From the NCBI GenBank assembly GCA_002269645.1, contig NIVC01000237.1, positions 496,001-560,000 on the forward strand: DNA of 64,000 nucleotides, written 5' to 3'. This document shows positions 12,002 to 23,000 of this stretch, in pieces. The notes beneath the pieces were generated by a model. That model was not told the origin of the DNA and did no database searches. It was given only the letters and a program-made list of their open reading frames with translations. The first letter of the stretch is position 1, and every line of letters starts with the position of its first letter. Made by a program: the position numbers and the translations under genes. The stretch comes from Macrostomum lignano (taxonomy: Eukaryota).

Positions 12002-15000
12002 ATGAAGCACTTGGCGTCCGATGGACAAAGAATCTTTCAGGAGCTTCTAGTCGTAGCGACGGCAGTGCTGATTGGTGAGTAACATCTAAGGTCACGGGAT
12101 GAACTTGAGGGGGTTTTAGCCTAGTGGATGGAGCGTCGGACTCACGACTTGAAGGTCGGGGGTTCGATTCCCGATCCCACTAGGAACAATTTGTGTCCTT
12201 AAGCAAGACACTTAACTCTGCATTGCTTCAGTTCACCCAGCTGTAAAATGGGTGCCAGCATTAGCTGGGGTAATTGAGGCTGTGTGTGGCGACCCCCCCC
12301 CCCAGTCCTTGGGCTGAACAGCCGTACGCAGCCTTCAGATGCGCCGCGCAATAGCTGCGGCTGAGCTGTCGGTTGCACATCTGCCTATTGGGGCAGGTGT
12401 AATCAATATTAATTAAAGTAAAGTCTTTTTGTACCAGTTTTTGAAATTTAAAAACCAATTTTTTCCACGCAATGCGCAGCTGCCGCTCATGAAGTTGAGA
12501 ACGGCACCCGCTGGTGCTCGGAGCTTCGGTTCGACCTGGCGATGGACACCTGCCTGAGCAGTCTCGGCCCGGGGCCGCGCAGTCAGCTCATCCGGTATTC
12601 TCAGGAGTCCAAGACTGCCAGCCTGGCTACAGTGATGCAGCTGAGCTTGCATTCAGCGGAGCTGCAGCCGGAACTCTGCAGGTTGATCAGTTGGTGGGGC
12701 TGCTGTGTCAGGTGTGAGCTGAGCTGCTGTGTCAGGTGTGAGCTGAACTGCTGTGTCAGGTGTGAGCTGAGCTGCTGTGTCAGGTGTGAGCTGAGCTGCT
12801 GTGTCAGGTGTTGAGCTGAGCTGCTGTGTCAGGTGTGAGCTGAGCTGCTGTGTCAGGTGTTGAGCAAACCTCAAAACAGCCGCCCCAAAATACGAACCCT
12901 GAAGTACAATTCCATAAACACAGACCTTGGTCAAAAGTACAAATCTTCTGAAACACAAACCCTGAAACACAAACCCTAAAACACAAACCCTGAAACACAA
13001 ACCCTAAAACACAAACTCTGAAACACAAACCCTGAAACACAAACCCTGAAACACAAACCCTAAAACACAAACTCTGAAACACAAACCCTGAAACACAAAC
13101 CCTGAAACACAAACCCTGAAACACAAACCCTAAAACACAAACCCTGAAACACAAACCCTAAAACACAAACCCTGAAACACAAACCCTGAAACACAAACCC
13201 TGAAACACAAACTCTGAAACACAAACTCTGAAACACAAACTCTGAAACACAAACCCTGAAACACAAACCCTGAAACACAAACCCTGAAACACAAACCCTA
13301 AAACACAAACCCTGAAACACAAACCCTAAAACACAAACCCTAAAACACAAACCCTGAAACACAAACCCTGAAACACAAACCCTGAAACACAAACCCTGAA
13401 GCACAAGCCCTGAAACACAAGCCCTGAAACACAAACAAACGGACAGCTTCTCCAACCCAAATGCTCATACCGCAGCAGTCTGAAGGCCTACATCCCTTGT
13501 CAAGACTCTGTGCTGCAACGTGAAGGCAGCCGCTGGTCCCGGTGCACCTGGTGGCAGCAGAAGAGCAGCGAGTACTTCTTCAGATTAGAAGCGTATGACA
13601 GACACGTCTGCCAGCCGGGTGAGGCGGCTCAATGGGATGAGGGAAATTAGAAATTCGAACAGTGCTCTTAGTGACTCATACAAGTAGAAGAGGCTTACGG
13701 TTAGTTGCTATGCATAGTTGTGAGCTTGAATTTATTAAAAAGTCGCAGCTCTTGTTCACCTGGCATTCAGATTATGCCAGCTCAGCTCACTGCATAGCAG
13801 CTCAGCTGAGCGGCTACTTGGCCCAGCGGTGCGGCCAGGTGTACTCTCTGCGCAACCGGCTGCGTCGGGCCGGACAGTGCGTCCTTAGCAACGAGTACCT
13901 GGGCTGCCTGGCCGCCCTAGTGAGAACTGGCTGCTCGAACGGGGCTCGAGCTGAGGACCGTTTCCGACCTGTCGCTGTCGGGATGCTGGGGCTGGCCGAA
14001 TGCCGTGAGGCTTACAGTTTTGAGAGACCGCGGTATGGTGAGTAGCTACCTAGTGCAGGACCAGCGGCCCAGAAGAGGACCAGAGGGTATTGCAGCGGCC
14101 CAGAAGAGGACCAGAGGGTATTGCAGCGGCCAAGAAGAGGACCAGAGGGGGTATTGCAGCGGCCAAGAAGAGGACCAGAGGGTATTGCAGCGGCCCAGAA
14201 GAGGACCAGAGGGTATTGCAGCGGCTCAGAAGAGGATAAGGGGTAGCAGCGGCTCCCTGGAGAACTACTCCACAAGAATTTACCTCTGTCGTTCTCGAAA
14301 TCATTTTTAAAAATAGTTTCTTTTCGACCAAGCAAAAAAGGCCAGGTGTGCTGGGTAAAAATGATGAGCTAGTTCTCAAATTTCTCCCAAATATCGCACT
14401 CCCCATATCGCGTACGTAATCCCCTCTTTTCCCTCGCTGCTCAGCCTTTAACTACTCGGTTGCCTGCCAGCCTGGCTTTCAGGGGCGGCTCAGGCAAATT
14501 CGCATGGAATTTGAGAGCGCTATCCGGGACTCGGGAATTCAGGCGGAGCATCCCGTGCTCACAGCCGCCGCCGAGACCAAACTGACTGGCAAAGACGGGA
14601 TCTGTGGGTGAGCGGCTGGACGAGTGGGAAATCCCTGATAAGGAATCCTTGGGATTTCCAGTCTGGAATGTGGGAAATAATCCACGTAAGAGAATCCTTG
14701 GGATTCCCTATTTGGAATGTGGGAAATCTACGGGAGAGAATCCTTGGAATTCCTTGCCTGGAATGTAGGAAACCCACAGGAGAGAATCCTTGGGAAATCT
14801 ACGGGAGAGAATCCTCGGGAAATCCACTGGAGAGAATCCTTGGGATTCCTTGCCTGGAATGTGGGAAATCCACAGGAGAGAATCCTTGGGATTCCCTACC
14901 TGGAATGTGAGAAATCCACAGGAGAGAATCCTTGGGCTTCCCAGTCTGGAATGTGGGAAATCGATGGGAGAGAATCGTTGGGATTCCTTGCCTGGAATGT

Positions 15001-16244
15001 GGAAAATCCACAGGAGAGAATCCTTGGGATTCCCTACCTGGAATGTGAGAAATCCACGTAGGAGAAACCCTGGGATTCCTTACCTGGAATGTGGGAAATC
15101 CACGGGAGAGAATCCCTGGTTTTCTCAGTCTGACGGATGGGGAAAGTGGAATAGTCCATCTGGCAGGTGGGAAATCCCTCCAACCTACCCTCGCAGAGCT
15201 CTGCAAAGCTACGAAGCTGGAGCTCGCCGAGTCCGAGACTCCTGCCCCGCCGGGTTCGATCTGATTCGAGCCACTTTCGACTGGAAGGTGACAGCTCACC
15301 AACTCAAGTTTGTCTGCTCACGCGTGCCAGGTGTGATTCTTAATGGTTGTAGAGCAGTTCAATGTTTAAATACAGATGTGCAAACCTCAGGACAGGGAGA
15401 GCCGAACCTCGGGACAGGGAGAGCCAAACCTCAGGACAGGAAAATCAAAACCCATCAGGGCAGCGTAAGCAAAACTTTAGGACAGGAAGAATACAACTAA
15501 CTTCATGACAGGGAGAGTACAACTTCAGGGCAGGGAGAATACATGTACAGCTTCAGGGCAGGGAGAATACATGTACAGCTTCAGGACAGGAAGAATACAA
15601 CTTCAGGACAGGGAGAATACAACTTCAGGACAGGGAGAGCCAAACCTCAGGGACAGGGAGAATACATGTACAGCTTCAGGGCAGGGAGAGCCAAACCTCA
15701 GGACAGGGAGAATACAGCTTCAGGACAGAGGGGAGCAAATATTCAGGACAGGGAGGCCCAGCTTCAGGCCGCAAATCCCGCCACCGCCTCAGCGTTCAGA
15801 CGCGGCCTCGGCTGCATGCGCTCAGCCGCGCTGTCAAAGTGCGCAGCTGCAGAACGCCGGGCCGGCAGAATCCAGTTCAGCCTGTGGCAGATCCGCTGCA
15901 CAAGTCATGCCAGCTGGACCGAGGCACACCTTGCCGGGGCGTGGAGGCGGGCCAGTCACTGCTTGGAGAACGCCATGACTGAGCAGTGCGGACTGTCTGC
16001 CGGCCGCCTGTTCTCAGTGCTGGTGAGGCTGCGAAACACCTTGAGGCGATTTGAGATCGGCTGCGATGGAGGCTACTCTGACAAGCGCTACGATCAGGCT
16101 ATCGGCATCTGGACTCAACAGCGAGTTGCGGCTAATGGCGGATCGCTGATGGGATATTCTGGGAAGAATTGTCTGACAATAAATTACTGTTGCTGGGTAC
16201 TCGCGCCAGCTATGGCCGCCACCGCATGCATGTTCACATCTTGA
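12002..16244 (+). CDS. Cys-rich secreted protein, possibly GPI-anchored, 7 exons, ~476 aa, family unknown
   Basis: Exons 12002-12074, 12480-12681 (alternative donor 12693), 13479-13618, 13771-14037, 14445-14607, 15197-15330, 15793-16244. All junctions are GT-AG and phase-compatible (1431 nt). N-terminal hydrophobic ELLVVATAVLIAAA, spaced cysteines, hydrophobic C-tail WVLAPAMAATACMFTS. Confidence 0.8.
12109..12415 (+). mobile_element. tRNA-derived SINE with CORE-like central domain (intron 1 of the secreted-protein gene)
   Basis: A box TAGCCTAGTGG and B box GGTTCGATTCC, then tgtgtccttaagcaagacacttaac...cttcagttcacccagctgtaaaatggg resembling the MIR/CORE domain. A related copy lies at ~45298-45470. 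Confidence 0.8.
12700..12862. repeat. 24-bp minisatellite (ctgctgtgtcaggtgtgagctgag)
   Basis: Read directly; lies in intron 2. Confidence 0.95.
12950..13436. repeat. 14-bp minisatellite (aaacacaaaccctg); short related run at ~11517-11590
   Basis: Read directly. Confidence 0.95.
14066..14270. repeat. 31-bp minisatellite (cagcggcccagaagaggaccagagggtattg)
   Basis: Read directly; lies in intron 4. Confidence 0.9.
14620..15120. repeat. 46-bp minisatellite with internal hairpin gaatcc-ttg-ggattc
   Basis: cacaggagag recurs at 46-bp spacing; lies in intron 5. Confidence 0.9.
15380..15760. repeat. Irregular minisatellite (caggacagggagagccaaacct / gaatacatgtacagctt modules)
   Basis: Read directly; lies in intron 6. 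Confidence 0.85.
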
Positions 16245-16249
16245 GCGGA

Positions 16250-17436
16250 TCTGGGATCTGTGGCTGGCAATGGGGATCTGGGAGGATCTGGGAGTGTCTA
16301 TAATGGGGATCTATGAGAGTGTCTATAATGGGGATCTATGAGAGTGTCTATAATGGGGATCTATGAAAATATCTATAATGGGGATCTATAAGTGTGTCTA
16401 TAATGGGGATCTATGAGAGTGTCTATAATGGGGATCTATGAGAGTGTCTATAATGGGGATCTATGAGAGTGTCTATAATGGGGATCTATGAGAGTGTCTA
16501 TAATGGGGATCTATGAGAGTGTCTATAATGGGGATCTATGAGAGTGTCTATAATGGGGATCTATGAGAGTGTCTATAATGGGGAGCTGGTAGTGTCTGTA
16601 TAATGGGGATCTATGAGTGTCTATAATGGGGATCTATGAGAGTGTCTATAATGGGGAGCTGGTAGTGTCTGTATAATGGGGATCTATGAGTGTCTATAAT
16701 GGGGATCTATGAGTGTGTCTATAATGGGGAGCTGGTAGTGTCTGTATAATGGGGATCTATGAGTGTCTATAATGGGGATCTATGAGAGTGTCTATAATGG
16801 GGATCTATGAGAGTGTCTATAATGGGGATCTATGAGAGTGTCTATAATGGGGAGCTGGTAGTGTCTGTATAATGGGGATCTATGAGTGTCTATAATGGGG
16901 ATCTATGAGAGTGTCTATAATGGGGATCTATGAGAGTGTCTATAATGGGGATCTATGAGTGTGTCTATAATGGGGAGCTGGTAGTGTCTGTATAATGGGG
17001 ATCGATGAGTGTCTATAATGGGGATCGGGAGTGTCTATAATGGGGAGCTGGTAGTGTCTGTATAATGGGGATCTATGAGTGTCTAAAATCAGGATCTGGG
17101 AGTGTCTGTATAATGGGGATCTACGAGTGTCTAAAATGGGGATCTGGGAGTGTCTAAAATGGGGATCTGGGAGTGTCTAAAATGGGGATCTGGGAGTGTC
17201 TAAAATCGGGATCTGGGAGTGTCTAAAATGGGGATCTGGGAGTGTCTAAAATCGGGATCTGGGAGTGTCTAAAATGGGGATCTGGGAGTGTCTAAAATGG
17301 GGATCTGGGAGTGTCTAAAATGGGGATCTGGGAGTGTCTAAAATGGGGATCTGGGAGTGTCTAAAATGGGGATCTGGGAGTGTCTAAAATCGGGATCTGG
17401 GAATGTCTAAAATCGGGATCTGGGAATGTCTAAAAT
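16250..17436. repeat. 25-bp grading to 23-bp minisatellite directly after the stop codon
   Basis: ggggatctatgagagtgtctataat grades into ggggatctgggagtgtctaaaat. Confidence 0.95.
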
Positions 17437-17769
17437 AGAGTTCAAGGCATAAAACAATAAAATCAAATTTTTCACGAAAATAACCAACTCACAAAGTTCC
17501 GGCAAAGCTTGGCATGTGCTTGATGAGCTTTGATTTGCAAAATAGAAGTTTTACGTTGCACTTGCACTGTTTAAGAATTTCTCATTCGGCAAAAGGCAAA
17601 TGTAATTTATGGAGCTTTTTTGGTTTCATAATTTGCTAAATTTATTAAACGGAGAAAGCACAGAGAACCAGAGTGATGGGGCGGCAAGCCGTTATGCTTA
17701 TGGCGCTTTAGGCAGAGCAACACAGTGGGTCATTCAGACGTACGAGAATATTCATGCTGGAATGAAAGG

Positions 17770-18160
17770 AAGGAGAGAAAGGGTGAGAATAGGAGAGATA
17801 AGGGTGGGAAAAGAGAGATAAGGGGTGAGGAGAGAGATAAGGGGTGAGGAGAGAGATAAGGGGTGAAGAGAGATAAGGGGTGAAGAGAGATAAGGGGTGA
17901 AGAGAGATAAGGGGTGAAGAGAGATAAGGGGTGAAGAGAGAGATAAGAGGTGAGAAGACAGATAAGGGGTGAGGAGAGAGATAAGAGGTGAGAAGACAGA
18001 TAAGGGGTGAGGAGAGAGATAAGAGGTGAGAAGACAGATAAGGGGTGAGGAGAGAGATAATTATTGCGAAGACAGATAAGAGTGCGATGAGAGATAAGGG
18101 GTGAGAAGACAAATAAGGGTTGAGAAGAGAGATTAGGTTTGAGAAGTATGGAGATGACTG
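17770..18160. repeat. Purine-rich ~19-22-bp minisatellite (gagagataaggggtgagga)
   Basis: Read directly. Confidence 0.9.
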
Positions 18161-19364
18161 TAGGAGGCGCCATGTGCTCAAGCCTCGTATCCGAAGGACT
18201 TCCCAGTGATTTAATTGTCAGCGCCGCCTAGCAGGTGAGAACATCGCGAGGTGTCATCGGCAGCCCCAGAGGCCGAACAAGCAGTAACAAAGACTGCAAA
18301 TACGAACAAATAGATGAATAAAGACTAAAACAGACATATAACGGCACGCCTTTTGAAACGCACTGACCGTTAACTCCCAGTTCGATTCGAATACGGCTAA
18401 GTGCTGAGATAGGCAGGCAATAATTGGGAACACAGAGGCAAAGGTGCAATAAAACACTAAAGGAGCCGCAGCGTCTTGGCGCAAATAAAACAAACGGCAA
18501 AGTACGAATACGAAGAGGCCGCGTGATTGGCGCTGGGAGGGAGCTGGGAAGTTGATGCGAGAGAGGATAAGATGATATGGAGCGAGGTTAAAGAGTTGAG
18601 ACTTAAACGAAAGGTAAGATTAGAGACTAGAGCGAGATAGAGTGAGATTAGAGAGATTAGAGACTGAGATTAGAGAGAGATTAGAGACAGAGATAGATAG
18701 TGAGATTAGAGAGAGTAGAGACAGACAGAGGGTGAGATCAGACGCAGAGACAGTGTTGACAGCCGTCAGCAGCTCTAACAGAACAAGATGCAACTTGAAT
18801 TGATCAATGCTCACTATGCAGGGAAATGCGAGGCGGTATGGACCCGAAAAAACAGTGTTTAAGAAAATAGACAGATATATCAGTGTATACACGCTGGCGT
18901 GGATGGCAGTTGAATTTCAGTTCGTGCAGCGGATGACTTTAAGAAGCACGTGACGGTTCAATTAAATCTGGGGGGGTTGGGGCAAAATGGCAGCTTATGG
19001 ACACGCTGCGAGATAGTTATAATTTGATAAGACTATCTGTATAACTGAGATTAGCTGATGGCAATTATTGATATCAGGTACAAAGTCTATCGAACGCTGC
19101 GACAGGTGTACAGAAATTCTATTGAAAATATGACGGGTCGGGGAAATCTTTGCAAAAATTTCGCACAGTAAGAATATGCCCAGCTCTCTACTAGGATGAG
19201 TAGAAGCAGTAGTATTGTAAGCGTTGACGCAGTAAAATATGCTGGGAAAATTGTTAATTATTTTTTAACGTGTTACAAACAGGAGACAAAACGTACAATT
19301 GAATGACAAACAGGCAAGCGAAATAGAAAACCTCAACTGACACCAAATTAGACATTGTTTGTTT

Positions 19365-19873
19365 AGTGGCGCCACCTGAAGATCAGGGGGTGGCGCCAGC
19401 TGAAGGTGAGGGGGGGTGGCGCCAGCTGAAGATCAGGGGAGTGGCGCCAGCTAAAGGGTCGGGGGAGTGGCACCACCTGAAGGTCAGGGGGTGGCGCCAG
19501 ATGAAGGTGAGGGGTGGCGCCAGCTGAAGGTCAAGGGGTGGCGCCAGCTGAAGATCAGGGGGGTGGCGCCAGCTGAAGGTCAAGGGGTGGCGCCAGCTGA
19601 AGGTCAAGGGGTGGCGCCAGCTGAAGATCAGGGGGGTGGCGCCAGCTGAAGGTCAATGGGTGGCGCCAGCTGAAGGTCAATGGGTGGCGCCAGCTGAAGG
19701 TCAAGGGGTGGCGCCAGCTGAAGATCAGGGGGGTGGCGCCAGCTGAAGGTCAATGGGTGGCGCCAGCTGAAGGTCAAGGGGTGGCGCCAGCTGAAGATCA
19801 GGGGGGTGGCGCCAGCTGAAGGTCAGGGGGTCACGCCAGCTGAATGTCAGGGGGTCACGCCAGCTGAAGGTCA
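19365..19873. repeat. ~22-25-bp minisatellite (ggggtggcgccagctgaaggtca)
   Basis: Read directly; lies just 3' of the nuclear receptor stop codon. Confidence 0.95.
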
Positions 19874-20052
19874 GCGGATACCTTTTTAGTTTTAACATGA
19901 TGAAGAATCCCGGATCCCGGATGAAGAAGGCGCTGATCTGTCCGAGAGCTGTAAATGTAAAAATGGCGCTGCGTCAGAGGCGCGGAGTTCACAGAGTCAT
20001 CAGGCGCTGCTCGCTCAGAGTCAGCGTGGTGCGCGGAATGTCAGCGGGGCAA

Positions 20053-23000
20053 TCAGTTGAAGCGCTGCACTTTGTCGGGACTGTCGCAGGGACTGACGCT
20101 GAGCTCGCGTTTCAACTGCGGCAGCTGGTGCTCGGACTCAGACTGATGAAGCTGCTGCTGATGCTGGTACTGCAGCATCTGGTGCCGATGGTACAGCAGC
20201 TGACTTTGCAGCAGCTCTTGCTGAGACTGGCCAAGCATTGGCGGCGGCGAAGGAGGAGGCGGCGGTGGCTGCGCTGTCTGCGGCTCCTCCTGAAGGTTCG
20301 TCGGCAAGCTTCCGCTGTTGAGGATGAAGGGCATCAGCGTCTCCATGGGGATCGGGCCGATTTGCTCTGCGAGTTGGGGCGGGTGAAAAAGCTTTTGAGA
20401 TTTGGATGGGCTGGCCTGATCTTCATGACCTGGGGAATCTGATCTTTATGACCTGGGGAATCTGATCTTCATGACCTGGGGAATCTGATCTTTATGACCT
20501 GGGGAATCTGATCTTCATGACCTGGGGAATCTGATCTTCATGACCTGGGGAATCTGATCTTCATGACCTGGGGAATCTGATCTTCATGACCTGGGGAATC
20601 TGATCTTCATGACCTGGGGAATCTGATCTTCATGACCTGGGGAATCTGATCTTTATGACCTGGGGAATCTGATCTTCATGACCTGGGGAATCTGATCTTT
20701 ATGACCTGGGGAATCTGATCTTCATGACCTGGGGAATCTGATCTTCATGACCTGGGGAATCTGATCTTTATGACCTGGGGAATCTGATCTTCATGACCTG
20801 GGGAATCTGATCTTCATGACCTGGGTAATCTGATCTTTATGACCTGAGCTACTGGTCCCTATGACCTGGTGAATCTGATCTTTATGACCTGGGGAATCTG
20901 ATCTTTATGACCTGGGGAATCTGATCTTCATGACCTGGGGAATCTGATCTTTATGACCTGAGCTACTGGTCCCTATGACCTGGTGAATCTGATCTTTATG
21001 ACCTGGGGAATCTGATCTTTATGACCTGAGCTACTGGTCCCTATGACCTGGTGAATCTGATCTTTATGACCTGGGGAATCTGATCTTTATGACCTGGAGA
21101 ATCTGATCTTTATGACCTGGAGAATCTTATCTGTATGACCTGGAGAATCTTATCTGTATGACCTGGGTAATCTTATCTTTATGATCTGGATAATCTTATC
21201 TTTATGATCTGGCGAATCTTATCTTAATTACCTGAAGAATCTTATCTTCATGGCCTGGTGAATCTTATCTTAATGACCTGGGCTGGCTGTTCTGATCTAA
21301 TGAGGAATCAGAGTCTAAATCACAACTCCAGCTCATCTTCCCGTCCCCAAGTTACTCATCCTAGTAACAAAACTCAGGCAAGCAAGCAGAAAAACCCGCA
21401 GACCAACCCGAGAAGAAGATCTCCTTAATCCGCGCCTTGTCCAGAGTCCTAATCGAGCTGATGCGGAGCAGCAGCTGGGCCAGCCGTTGGTGGCCGGGCA
21501 GAGCTCCGCCGAGCGAGACGTGCAGGTGGCTGAGCAGCTCGCTGACCGCGCGCTCCTGCATGGCCGTCAGCAGCGAGTGCGTGGCGTCTTCCGTGGGCGC
21601 GCAAAACACTGCAGTAAGGCGGGGGGGGGGGACGGCTTCCGGTCAGGACTCGCTGGGAATCAGACCGCTAATTGGACAAGCAAGAGCCGTATCCTTCCCA
21701 CCCGAATTCCCCTGTTTTCAAATCCGAGTTCTCCTGTCATCCCACCTGAATTCCCCTGTTTTCAAATCCGAGTTCTCCTGTCATCCCACCTGAATTCCCC
21801 TGTTTTCAAATCCGAGTTCTCCTGTCATCCCACCCGAATTCCCCTGTTTTCAAATCCGAGTTCTCCTGTCATCCCACCCGAATTCCCCTGTTTTCAAATC
21901 CGAGTTCTCCTGTCATCCCACCTGAATTCCCCTGTCATCCCACCAGAATTCCCCTGTCATCCCATCTGAATTCCCCTGTCATCCCATCTGAATTCCCCTG
22001 TCATCCCACCAGAATTCCCCTGTCATCCCATCTGAATTCCCCTGTCATCCCATCTGAATTCCCCTGTCATCCCACCTGAATTCCCCTGTCATCCCATCTG
22101 AATTCCCCTGTCATCCCACCTGAATTCCCCTGTCATCCCATCTGAATTCCCCTGTCATCCCACCTGAATTCCCCTGTCATCCCACCTGAATTCCCCTGTC
22201 ATCCCACCTGAATTCCCCTGTCATCCCATCTGAATTCCCCTGTCATCCCACCTGAATTCCCCTGTCATCCCATCTGAATTCCCCTGTCATCCCACCTGAA
22301 TTCCTCTGTCATCCCATCTGAATTCCCCTGTCATCCCATCTGAATTCCCCTGTCATCCCACCTGAATTCCCCTGTCATCGCATCTGAATTCCCCTGTCAT
22401 CCCACCTGAATTCCCCTGTCATCCCACCTGAATTCCCCTGTCATCCCACCTGAATTCCCCTGTCATCCCACCTGAATTCCCCTGTCATCCCATCTGAATT
22501 CCCCTGTCCTCAAATCTGAATTCCCCGTCATCCCACCCGAATCCCCCAGTCATCCCATCCCAACTCCCATTGTGTCGGACTAATCGAGGCAGTCAGAAAA
22601 CTCCAAACAAAGTGAAGCTGAGCTCACCCGGCTCAAACAGAGCGATGAGTTTGAGATAGGCGTACTCCAGACCGGTGACCCTGGCGTCGCTGAACATCCC
22701 GATGATGTGCTTCAGCTTGTCGATCTCGGCTAGGGTCCTGTCCAACTCGCTGCCTTGAACTCCGTCTGGAGAGTCAGGCGAAGGCTTGACGCTGAATTGA
22801 CGCCTCAGAAACTATGAGTCACACAGCCAGACATTATGAGTCACACAGCCAGACACTATGAGTCACACAGCCAGATACTATGAGTCACACAGCCAGACAC
22901 TATGAGTCACACAGCCAGACATTATGAGTCACACAGCCAGACACTATGAGTCACACAGCCAGACACTATGAGTCACACAGCCAGACACTATTAGTCACAC

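Noticed and set aside
11752-12078. 108-aa ORF as the first coding exon of the secreted-protein gene
   Set aside because: Its phase at the 12074 donor leads to a stop in the next exon. The overlapping frame starting at 12002 splices in frame and gives a signal peptide.
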